From an uncultured Chloroflexia bacterium (GTDB lineage: Bacteria; Chloroflexota; Anaerolineae; Anaerolineales; Anaerolineaceae), in contig OY969938.1 in assembly GCA_963704755.1 (NCBI GenBank), positions 2,910,001 through 2,942,000 on the forward strand: DNA of 32,000 nucleotides, in the 5' to 3' direction. The translations under genes were made by a program, and so were the position numbers. This document shows, piece after piece, positions 18,732 through 28,181 of the stretch (position 1 is its first letter; the number at the start of each line of letters is the position of its first letter). The notes under the pieces are model-generated. The model saw only the letters and a program-made list of their open reading frames with translations, had not been told where the DNA came from and ran no database searches.

Positions 18732-20168
18732 TTGTCCAAACGTGTCCTGATCGCTATCCTGGTCTTCATTTGTGTAATTTGCATTTGTCTCGTCTCGGTC
18801 CTGTGCCTGACCGGCGGCGTGTCTTATCTGATCACCAGCCAGAGTAACAGCAATACTTCTATCCCTATTCTGCAAAGCACGACCGAGTTTCAAATTCCTG
18901 AAACGACCGGCGAGGCCACGCAGACTGGCAACACGCCTACCCCGGATGCCCAATCCGCAGACATCATCGCCCAGATGGACCAGATCGAAAGCCAGGTCTC
19001 GCACCTGCGCGAGCTGCCACAGTTGGCCCCGGTGGACCGCCAGTTGATTTCCTCCGACGAGTTGCGCCAAAAGGTCGAGCAGGATTTCTTCAAAGATTAC
19101 ACCCAGCAGGACGTCCAGAACGACCAGCGCACCCTTTCGACTTTTGGCCTGCTGGAGCCGGGTTTCGATTTGTATGATTTGTACGTCAACCTGTATTCCG
19201 AGCAGGTGGCCGGCTACTACGACAGCGAAACCAAACAGATGTACGTCATCCAGGAGCAGGGTTTTGGCGGCCCCGAGCGCACCACCTATGCCCATGAATT
19301 TACCCACGTTCTGCAGGACCAGCATTACGACCTGCAAAACGGGCTCAAGCTCAGCGCGGACGATTGCAAGCAGGACAGCGAGCGCTGCGCGGCCGTGACT
19401 GCCCTGATCGAAGGCGACGCTACCCTGACCGAGCAGTACTGGCTGTACACTTACGGCAGCGACCAGGACCGCCAACAGTTGAACGATTTTTACAGCAATC
19501 TGGAAAGCCCGGTTTATGATTCGGCCCCCGAATTTCTGCAAAAGGATTTGATGTTCCCCTACAGCCAGGGCCTGGATTTCGTCGGCAACTTTTTTACCGC
19601 CGGCGGCTACAGCAAGATCGATGAAATTTACCAGAACCCCCCGGTCTCGACCGAAATGATTCTGCACCCCGAGAAATACCCGGACGAAAAGCCGATCAGT
19701 GTAAAACTGCCCGATTTGAGCAGTTTGCTCAACCGGCCTCTGGATAAGGTCGAAGACGGCGTATTGGGCGAATGGTATACCTACCTGGTGTTGGCCGATG
19801 GCCGCGACACAAACGCGCGTATTTCGGATAGCGAAGCCCAAAGCGCGGCCGCCGGCTGGGGTGGTGACGCTTACACGGTCTATTGGGATGACAAAGCTAA
19901 TCTACCGGTCATGGTGCTGGATACGGTCTGGGATACGGCCAATGACGCCGGCGAGTTCGCCAATACTTTCGATCAATACGCCGGTGTGCGCTGGGGCGAC
20001 CCGGACCTGTCCGAGCCGGGCGATACCGCCTGGGTGAATACGGACGATGGTGCCGTGGCGCTATATGTGGACGGCAACGAGACTCTGTGGGTGATCGCGC
20101 CCACAATCGATGACGTCACAGCGATTATTGCCGACCTTACTGTGCCGGTTTCGATAGGCATGCCCTGA
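18732..20168 (+). CDS. Membrane-anchored putative zinc metalloprotease (HExxH)
   Basis: TTG start with AAGGAAG upstream, an N-terminal TM helix, the motif YAHEFTHVLQDQHYD (HEFTH), and a downstream IEGDATLTEQYW that could supply the third ligand. Confidence 0.7.
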   Translation: MSKRVLIAILVFICVICICLVSVLCLTGGVSYLITSQSNSNTSIPILQSTTEFQIPETTGEATQTGNTPTPDAQSADIIAQMDQIESQVSHLRELPQLAPVDRQLISSDELRQKVEQDFFKDYTQQDVQNDQRTLSTFGLLEPGFDLYDLYVNLYSEQVAGYYDSETKQMYVIQEQGFGGPERTTYAHEFTHVLQDQHYDLQNGLKLSADDCKQDSERCAAVTALIEGDATLTEQYWLYTYGSDQDRQQLNDFYSNLESPVYDSAPEFLQKDLMFPYSQGLDFVGNFFTAGGYSKIDEIYQNPPVSTEMILHPEKYPDEKPISVKLPDLSSLLNRPLDKVEDGVLGEWYTYLVLADGRDTNARISDSEAQSAAAGWGGDAYTVYWDDKANLPVMVLDTVWDTANDAGEFANTFDQYAGVRWGDPDLSEPGDTAWVNTDDGAVALYVDGNETLWVIAPTIDDVTAIIADLTVPVSIGMP

Positions 20169-20169
20169 G

Positions 20170-20853
20170 ATGGGCCTGGACATACCGCGTTTGCAGGCGA
20201 TTTGTTTCGATATCGACGGTACCCTGTCCGATACGGACGACCGCTGGATCCAGCAGTTCGAACGGCTGCTGCGGCCGTTACGCTGGTTGTTTCCCCGCGG
20301 CGATACTTCTCGTTTCGCTCGTTGGGTTGTCATGGGCATGGATGCGCCCGGCAATTGGGCCTACAACCTGCTCGACCGGTTGGGCCTGGACGATGAGGCC
20401 GGCCGGCTGATCAGTGCGCTCAGCCGGCAGCGCAAGGACCGCCCGAACAAGTATTTAATCGTCCAGGACGTGTCGGAGATGCTGGCCGGTTTGCATAGAC
20501 GCTGGCCGCTGGCGGTGGTCAGCGCCCGCGGAGAGCGCTCGACCCTGGCCTTCCTGGACCAATTTACGCTGCGGCCGTATTTCCATACCGTGGCCACCGC
20601 CCTGACTTGCGAACACACCAAGCCCTTTCCCGACCCGATCCGTTGGGCGGCCGGGGAGATAGGCGTCCCGCCCGAAGCCTGCCTGATGGTCGGCGACACG
20701 GTGGTGGACATCCGCGCGGGCAAAGCCGCCGGCGCTCAGACGGTCGGAGTATTATGCGGTTTCGGCAGCCACCGCGAGCTGGCCCGTGCCGGTGCGGACC
20801 TGATCATCGAGTCCACCGCCGATCTGGCGGGGGTGCTGGGGGATAAGTCGTAG
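20170..20853 (+). CDS. HAD-superfamily hydrolase (phosphoglycolate phosphatase-like)
   Basis: Motif I CFDIDGTLSDTD, motif II VVSAR, and motif IV MVGDTVVDIRAGKAAGA. Confidence 0.85.
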   Translation: MGLDIPRLQAICFDIDGTLSDTDDRWIQQFERLLRPLRWLFPRGDTSRFARWVVMGMDAPGNWAYNLLDRLGLDDEAGRLISALSRQRKDRPNKYLIVQDVSEMLAGLHRRWPLAVVSARGERSTLAFLDQFTLRPYFHTVATALTCEHTKPFPDPIRWAAGEIGVPPEACLMVGDTVVDIRAGKAAGAQTVGVLCGFGSHRELARAGADLIIESTADLAGVLGDKS

Positions 20854-21006
20854 GGTGCGTTTGAGGGCTGAGCTCCCCGGCATGGTTGGACGACCAGGCC
20901 ACTGGCCTGCCCTGACGTGCCCGGAACGCACCATTATAGCGTTGCCCCGTAAGTAACCCGGCTTTCAAAGCCGGGGGGTAGCTGAGGATACCGGGAAGGC
21001 ATAGCC

Positions 21007-21192
21007 CGTAGGTTGGGTTCGGGCCCATCAGGAATACTGGTGAATTGCAGGTTTGGGTATCATTTCAGGCCTGGCCCGTAACCCAACATTTTGTTTGGTG
21101 ATCGCCGATGTTGGGTTGCGGGCAAGGTTTAGATAACCGGAGATCCTGTTTATTCCCACGCTCCTTGAACGAGCCCGCAACCCAACCTACAG
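21007..21192. repeat. REP family B cluster (two inverted pairs)
   Basis: CGTAGGTTGGGTTCGGGCC ... GGCCCGTAACCCAACAT ... GATGTTGGGTTGCGGGCAAGGTTT ... GAGCCCGCAACCCAACCTACAGG. The architecture is the same as family A. Confidence 0.85.
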
Positions 21193-21200
21193 GCTAACCG

Positions 21201-22637
<1,437 letters not shown>

Positions 22638-22675
22638 TCACCACCCCGCTCTGGCTAACCGAACGGGCACAAGTT

Positions 22676-23641
22676 TTAGCGTTTGCCGCCGGGTACGGGC
22701 AGGTCCAGCGATTTTGGGGTATGGGCAGGTAAGGCATCCAGATCGTAGGGTGTCTCCTGATATACGTAATAATTCATCCAGTTCGAGTACAGCAGGTGGG
22801 CATGCCCGCGCCAGCGCACCAGGGGCGGCTGGGTGGGGTCATCCTGCGGGAAATAGTTACGCGGCACGTCGATTGGCAGGCCCAGCTTGACGTCGCGCTC
22901 GTATTCCAGCTTGAGCGTCTGGGGGTCGTATTCGGAGTGGCCGGTGACGAAGACCTGGCGCCCATCCCGGCTGGCGACGATGTACACGCCCGCCTCATCC
23001 AATTCGGCCAACACATCAAGTTCAGGTACCTGCTCGATGTCTTCGCGGCGAATCTCGGTATGGCGCGAATGGGGCGCGTAGAACACGTCATCGAATCCGC
23101 GCAGCAGGGGGACGTTCTGTTTTAGAACGTTGTGGGGGAAGATGCCGAACTGTTTGGACGGCAGGGGATATTTGGGGATGCCAAATTGGTGATAGAGCCC
23201 GGCCTGTGCGCCCCAGCAGATGTAGAACAGGGCGAACACGTTGGCCAGGCCCCAATCCATGATGCACTTCAATTCATCCCAATAATCGACTTCTTCGAAA
23301 TCGAGGTGTTCCACCGGGGCCCCGGTGATAATCAGGCCGTCGAACTTGCGGTCCTGGATTTGATCGAATGTTTTGTAGAACGTGCGCAGATGTTCTTCCG
23401 AGATGGTTTTGTTGTGGTGCGAAGCGGCCCGGACCAGGGTGGCTTCCACCTGCAAGGGGGTATTTCCCAGCAGGCGCAGCAGTTGGGTTTCGGTCGCGAT
23501 TTTCGTCGGCATCAGGTTGAGAATGGCGATCTGCAGCGGACGGATGTCCTGGTGGATGGCCCGGTCTTCGTCCATGACGAAGATATTCTCATTGGCCAGG
23601 GTTTCTCTGGCCGGAAGCCGGTTGGGGATTTTGATAGGCAT
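22676..23641 (-). CDS. metA: Homoserine O-acyltransferase, MetA family (acetyl versus succinyl specificity not determinable from the sequence; the metY neighbour suggests acetyl)
   Basis: [47 protein letters not shown]... is the canonical MetA N-terminus. GGAG RBS. The tracked ORF to 23737 is an upstream extension. Confidence 0.9.
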   Translation of the reverse strand: MPIKIPNRLPARETLANENIFVMDEDRAIHQDIRPLQIAILNLMPTKIATETQLLRLLGNTPLQVEATLVRAASHHNKTISEEHLRTFYKTFDQIQDRKFDGLIITGAPVEHLDFEEVDYWDELKCIMDWGLANVFALFYICWGAQAGLYHQFGIPKYPLPSKQFGIFPHNVLKQNVPLLRGFDDVFYAPHSRHTEIRREDIEQVPELDVLAELDEAGVYIVASRDGRQVFVTGHSEYDPQTLKLEYERDVKLGLPIDVPRNYFPQDDPTQPPLVRWRGHAHLLYSNWMNYYVYQETPYDLDALPAHTPKSLDLPVPGGKR

Positions 23642-23690
23642 ACTTTTCTCCTTGGATCTACCGTATAAATAAGGCGGTAACAGTGTATAC

Positions 23691-23745
23691 CCCGAGTTTT
23701 GGGTGTTTGCGCGGGCAAATCCCGCGCAAACACCCAAAACTCGGG
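23691..23745. repeat. Dispersed hairpin family copy inside the metA 5' leader
   Basis: CCCGAGTTTTGGGTGTTTGCGCGGG-caaat-CCCGCGCAAACACCCAAAACTCGGG. Confidence 0.9.
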
Positions 23746-23771
23746 AACTCTTTGTATAAGCCTCAAGAAAA

Positions 23772-23806
23772 ACTAAAAAACCTCTTCTTGAGATAAGAAG
23801 AGGTTG
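23772..23806 (-). terminator. Riboswitch expression-platform terminator
   Basis: The minus strand reads AACCUCUUCUUAUCUCAAGAAGAGGUU followed by UUUUUAGUUUUU. The 5' half of the stem can compete with P1 of the aptamer. Confidence 0.7.
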
Positions 23807-23821
23807 ATTAAGTGAATCCGT

Positions 23822-23932
23822 CTCCTCTCATCTTCCAGAAAACTTTTTCTGCAGGAATTGACACCATGCTCTTCGTGAGCGGGTTGTCGAGGTTTCACAG
23901 GGCCTGTCCCTCCACCTCTCTGGATAAGAGTA
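23822..23932 (-). promoter_or_regulatory. SAM-I (S-box) riboswitch aptamer upstream of metA-metY
   Basis: The minus strand reads CUCUUAUCCAGAGAGGUGGAGGGACAGGCCCUGUGAAACCUCGACAACC...GGUGUCAAUUCCUGCAG...GAAGAUGAGAGG. This matches the conserved SAM-I core (UUAUCNAGAG-GGNGGAGGGA-GGCCC-UGAA-CC-CAACC-GGUG-AAUUCC-GC-AGAUGAGAG). Confidence 0.9.
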
Positions 23933-24147
23933 CCGAAAATATTCGATTGTCAGCGAGCAAACTATTGGCTCCTATTATAAGACCTTTTTAGGGGGTTTTG
24001 TCAAGTGCTTTTCGCGTTTTGGGGTGAGCTTGGTTGGCCGGGGTGCTTTCCGGGATGCGAAAAAGAAAGAAACAAGAGAAAATATAGGTAAACCACGGAG
24101 GCACGGAGAGCACGGAGAAGAGGAAGAGAAGAGAAAGAGAAGAGGAA

Positions 24148-24183
24148 GAAAAAGAAAAAGAAAAAGAAAAAGAAAAAGAAAAA
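24148..24183. repeat. (GAAAAA)6 microsatellite inside a polypurine tract of about 150 nt
   Basis: Gs fall at 24148, 54, 60, 66, 72 and 78 with A5 between them. The plus strand around it (about 24060-24215) is almost pure A/G. Confidence 0.9.
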
Positions 24184-24771
24184 GAGAGAAGGATAGAAGA
24201 GAAAAAAATGTTTACAAGAAAGGTGGACCCAAATGGATCGGCCCGGTCCTTCGCAACCCTCGGCCGAGGCCGCTCTTCAGCGCAGTTATTTCAAGCCCTT
24301 AGGCTGGTTGGTCGGCGCATCTTGCCTTCTATTAATCTCCCCTAAAATCCAAAGTGCAGATTTTTTTGGGAGGTCTGGCCCTTCCCTCCAAATCGGTTTT
24401 TGATTTGGGGGGAAGCGGGGAAGGGGGGCAGAGCGCCGGTTTTACAAGTCAATGAACTGTTTGGCCAGCGCATCTTGCCTCCTCCTAACCTCCCCCAAAA
24501 TCCAAAGTGCGGATTTTAGGGGAGGAATCTGGCCCATCCGTCCCAATAACCTCAGCTACCTCCCGGCTTCGAAAGCCGGGCTACATTGGACAGGGATTTT
24601 ACATCAAAAATTCTCCTCCGTGCCCTGTGTGCCCCGTACCCCTTGTTATTCTTCCTGGCAGGCCGAGAAGAGCGGCCTCGGTCTGGAGACCGGGCCGATC
24701 CGCTTTGGGCCATTGTTCATTTGATTAGCACATTTTTCTCGCTTTTTCTTTCTTGACAATTCGCACCGTTG

Positions 24772-25617
24772 CTAGCATGCCCGGGCGGTGATGGTCCGGT
24801 TGCGCCCTTCTTTTTTGGCCTGGTACATGGCCTCGTCGGCGCAGTGGATGAGGGTGTGGATGCTTTCGATATCTTCGCCGAAGCTGGAGATACCGATGCT
24901 GATGGTCAGGTGCACACTGACGTGTTCCTCATTCTCGGCGCTCATATCGAAGGCCTCGTCCTCGACCTGCTGGCGGATGCGGTCGGCCAGGCGGTAAGCG
25001 GCCTTCTCGGTGGTGTTGGAGGCGATAACCATGAACTCGTCGCCGCCGTAGCGGGCCACCACGTCGGTGGCGCGGATGCAGCCCAGGATCAAATGGGTCA
25101 GTTCGACCAGCACCAGGTCGCCCACCTGGTGCCCGTAGATATCATTCAGGCCCTTGAAATTGTCCACATCGATCAGCAAGATCGAAAAAGGCAGGCGGTA
25201 GCGCTCGGCGCGAGAGAACTCTTCGTGCAGGCGTCTTTCCATGTAGCGGCGGTTGAAAATCCCGGTAAGCGGATCGGTCACACTCTCCTGCTCCAGCATG
25301 GATATGCGGTGGACATCGATAGCCGTTTGCAGCGAAAGGTGGGCCGAGAACCAGACAAAGATCGAGCCGGCCAAAAAGATGCCTGGGACAATCAGGTCCA
25401 CGTTTTGCGAATGGCTGTTCCAGAAAGCGATGCCATAAACCAGGTAGCCGAGAATGAAAACCACCGTCAGGCCCATCAGCATGACCCAACTGCGATATAC
25501 CTCACCGCCCCGGATGTGGATGAGGAGTTTCCGCATGGGCAGCAGCGCCATGATCAGGATAAACATGCCACCGAAGATAAAGACATGGGAAAGCGCTGCG
25601 ATAGATGCAGAACTCAT
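24772..25617 (-). CDS. Membrane-bound diguanylate cyclase (GGDEF domain)
   Basis: About 4 N-terminal TM helices, then DPLTGIFNRRY, LLIDVDNFKGLNDIYGHQVGD and RYGGDEFMVI (GGDEF active site). Confidence 0.9.
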   Translation of the reverse strand: MSSASIAALSHVFIFGGMFILIMALLPMRKLLIHIRGGEVYRSWVMLMGLTVVFILGYLVYGIAFWNSHSQNVDLIVPGIFLAGSIFVWFSAHLSLQTAIDVHRISMLEQESVTDPLTGIFNRRYMERRLHEEFSRAERYRLPFSILLIDVDNFKGLNDIYGHQVGDLVLVELTHLILGCIRATDVVARYGGDEFMVIASNTTEKAAYRLADRIRQQVEDEAFDMSAENEEHVSVHLTISIGISSFGEDIESIHTLIHCADEAMYQAKKEGRNRTITARAC

Positions 25618-25812
25618 GCCTTGCCAAAACCTGAATTGGTAATTTTTTTATTCCCCATGATCATGCCCCACTACTATGTACTTTTATAGCCGCTGCCCAG
25701 CGCCTTTTAATGGGCCTTATTCTTGCTTGCCTGGGCGGCAACGCTATCATGATCTATTCTTGTAACCACTCAGCCTATCCGGGGACTCCTTCACCAGAGC
25801 GCGAATAGTTAC

Positions 25813-26613
25813 CTATTCTTTTTCCACCACGCTGGAGCGCACCGCCGGGCAGCGTTCGCACTCCGCGTCGTCGCACAACAGCGCCAGCGGATTCTCGCGG
25901 ATCAGCCCTACAATCATGTCGATCATCGCGTTCAGCGGCAGGGCTTTGACCGCGGCTTCGCCAATCTTGACCTCGCGGGTGATATCGGCCAGGTAGGGAG
26001 CGGCCTGTTCGAAACCCAGCGAGCAGCCGGGAAAGCCCGGGCATTCGACTACGCCCTGGGGCGTCAGCGCCCAGCGGATGAATTGTTTCCGCCCGGCCAG
26101 CTTTTCGGCGTAATGGATGCTGGTGTTGACGGTATGGTTGACCCCCATCAGCAGCACCCAGCCTTCTTCGCCGGCCAGCACCCGGATCGGCGCAAGCGGG
26201 TCGGCCAGGGTCTGTGCGTCCAGGGCAGCCTCCACGCCGATACCGGCCATGGAAAGCAGCGGGTGCATCGAGCGTTTGGCCTTCTCCTGGGTGCGCAAGG
26301 TTTCCGGCAGAACGCCGATCAGGCTGTCGGCCGGCATATCCGGGGTGAAGAATTCGGCCATGGCGTTCTGGTCAATGCCAGACCCGTAGCGGACGCCGTT
26401 ATCTTCCGGGCCCTCTTCGGGAATAACCATCGGTTTGTAGGTGTGGGTAGGCATCATCAGGCGTGGTTGGACGGCCAGTAAAGCACCCAGCACTGTGTCT
26501 GGGCCGCCGCGGACCTCACCGAATGATTTCAGTGATGCATGCGCGATTACCGGTACATCGGGCTTTAAACCCAGGCTGCGGAACCCGCGGACCAATTCGT
26601 GAAATGACACCAT
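25813..26613 (-). CDS. AAC(3)-family (Antibiotic_NAT fold) N-acetyltransferase
   Basis: From MVSFHELVRGFRSLGLKPDVPVIAHASLKSFGEVRGGPDTVLGALLA...MMPTHTY. GGAGG RBS before the ATG at 26613. The tracked ORF to 26694 is an extension. The substrate cannot be inferred. Confidence 0.75.
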   Translation of the reverse strand: MVSFHELVRGFRSLGLKPDVPVIAHASLKSFGEVRGGPDTVLGALLAVQPRLMMPTHTYKPMVIPEEGPEDNGVRYGSGIDQNAMAEFFTPDMPADSLIGVLPETLRTQEKAKRSMHPLLSMAGIGVEAALDAQTLADPLAPIRVLAGEEGWVLLMGVNHTVNTSIHYAEKLAGRKQFIRWALTPQGVVECPGFPGCSLGFEQAAPYLADITREVKIGEAAVKALPLNAMIDMIVGLIRENPLALLCDDAECERCPAVRSSVVEKE

Positions 26614-26633
26614 AGCGTCCTCCCCGGGAATGA

Positions 26634-27338
26634 CTATCCGGCATCGCCAGCACGCACCACTTGCCCGGATAACCGCATTGCGGTCGGGCTGCACAACGCC
26701 AGTACCAGTTCTTGCAAAGCGGCCAGGTCGATCGCGGACCCTTCGGGATGGACAATTCCGGACGGCGCCCTGGCCTCGATTGCATGACAGTTAATATTAT
26801 ACGTCATAAGTTCTGGCGCGGCTTGCCGGACGAGGGTCGTCAAAGCGGCTTGCGCGCAGGCCAGCGCCAGCGATTCGGCGCTGTTCCCGCACAGGACCAG
26901 TAAGATGGTCCCGCCGCCCTGCGGTCGCATCACCTCGGCCGCGGCCTGCATCAGTAATAGCGGGCCGTTCAGGTTCATTTCCAGGCTGTGCTGCCAGTCC
27001 CACTCGTCCTGCGCGAGCAGGTCGCCGCGCGGCGCCGCGGAAATGGCGTGCACCAGCACATCCAGGCGGCCAAAATCCGCCAGGACGTCATCGATCAATG
27101 CCTGTACCGGCAGGCTCTTGCCGGTATCGTTGATGTAGGAGCGGAATGAGACTTTGAACGGCTGGATTTCCGCGATGGTCTCTTCGAAGTGAATCGGGGT
27201 CAGGTCGTGCAAAGCCAGGTTTGCACCGGCCCGGGCCAGCGCCGTGGCTGCTGCGCGCCCTTCCGGCCGGCCGGCGCCGCAAACCAGCCCGACTTTCCCG
27301 CTCAAAATCCCTGGCGTGTTGGTCATGGATGAGTCCAT
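26634..27338 (-). CDS. SDR-fold (Rossmann) protein with degenerate cofactor and catalytic motifs
   Basis: GKVGLVCGAGRPEGRAAATALARAGANLALHD resembles the SDR N-terminus. AAGGAG RBS before the ATG at 27338. The further upstream part of the tracked ORF runs into a palindromic repeat. Confidence 0.65.
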   Translation of the reverse strand: MDSSMTNTPGILSGKVGLVCGAGRPEGRAAATALARAGANLALHDLTPIHFEETIAEIQPFKVSFRSYINDTGKSLPVQALIDDVLADFGRLDVLVHAISAAPRGDLLAQDEWDWQHSLEMNLNGPLLLMQAAAEVMRPQGGGTILLVLCGNSAESLALACAQAALTTLVRQAAPELMTYNINCHAIEARAPSGIVHPEGSAIDLAALQELVLALCSPTAMRLSGQVVRAGDAG

Positions 27339-27380
27339 TGAAAAACTCCTTTGAATCAACTCAGGCTCAGGTTTTGAATT

Positions 27381-27441
27381 CCCTGAAATCGAGGTATTTG
27401 CGTGCGTGAACTTCACGCACGCAAATACCTCGATTTCAGGG
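27381..27441. repeat. Dispersed hairpin family copy (stem of about 30 bp)
   Basis: CCCTGAAATCGAGGTATTTGCGTGCGTGAA-c-TTCACGCACGCAAATACCTCGATTTCAGGG. Confidence 0.9.
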
Positions 27442-27458
27442 TGGTTCTTTAAAAGTGC

Positions 27459-28181
27459 TCAAGACAGATCGGCTAGAGTGGCACACACCGGGATGTCGTC
27501 CGGGTTCTGGTTGGCATTGAGATGTAAATTGAAATAGGGAGAGGGGTCCAGGGTGTTGCCAATGTGGGTCTCGTTGGTAAAGCTGCCCTGGCCGTCGTCC
27601 TTGACGATCGAAAAGTGCAGGTGTACTCCCACCGGGCTGTTGGGGTCGCCCGAATAATCCCCTTGATAGCCCAAAAATGTACCGGCTTCGACGAAAACCT
27701 CATTGGTGCCGGCCGGAAACTCGGGGGAAATGTACGAGTTGCCATTTGCATCGGCCATGTGGGCGTAATAAGTCCAGATCTGGCGGGACGGATCGAGCGG
27801 ATCCTGGGGGATGCGGATAATCACGGCCGATTTCCAGCCTGGTAGACGGGTCAGGTAGCCGGCGTAGGCTGCCCGTACCGGGGTGACTCCCGGGTCGCTC
27901 CCGGCAAAAATATCCAGGCCGGTGTGGCGGTGGCCTGCTTGAAATGTGTCATTCCACAGGTAGCCGATGAAACCATCGGTTGGGAAGGCAAACACGCCGT
28001 CCACACAGCGCTGGCCGGCGCTGATTTTCCAGCCGGCGTGCTGTTCCGGGCTGCGGATGAACTGCACCACCCGCAGGCTGCGGGCTGAAGATGCGCCTGG
28101 GCGCAGCACCAGGTAATAGAAAACCGCTGCGCCAACAGCGGTCATCAATCCCAGAACCACCAACCAGGTGGATCGCTTCAT
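27459..28181 (-). CDS. M23-family metallopeptidase, membrane anchored
   Basis: MKRSTWLVVLGLMTAVGAAVFYYLVL (TM), HRHTGLDIF (HxxxD) and GVHLHFSI (HxH). The ATG overlaps the miaB stop (ATGA at 28178-28181). The tracked ORF to 28427 is an extension inside miaB. Confidence 0.85.
   Translation of the reverse strand: MKRSTWLVVLGLMTAVGAAVFYYLVLRPGASSARSLRVVQFIRSPEQHAGWKISAGQRCVDGVFAFPTDGFIGYLWNDTFQAGHRHTGLDIFAGSDPGVTPVRAAYAGYLTRLPGWKSAVIIRIPQDPLDPSRQIWTYYAHMADANGNSYISPEFPAGTNEVFVEAGTFLGYQGDYSGDPNSPVGVHLHFSIVKDDGQGSFTNETHIGNTLDPSPYFNLHLNANQNPDDIPVCATLADLS

Noticed and set aside
24024-24302. 92-aa ORF with an RKRKRKRKRKRKRE run
   Set aside because: It is a translation artefact of the polypurine/(GAAAAA)n tract. 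It has a GTG start, no RBS and an extremely low-complexity sequence.
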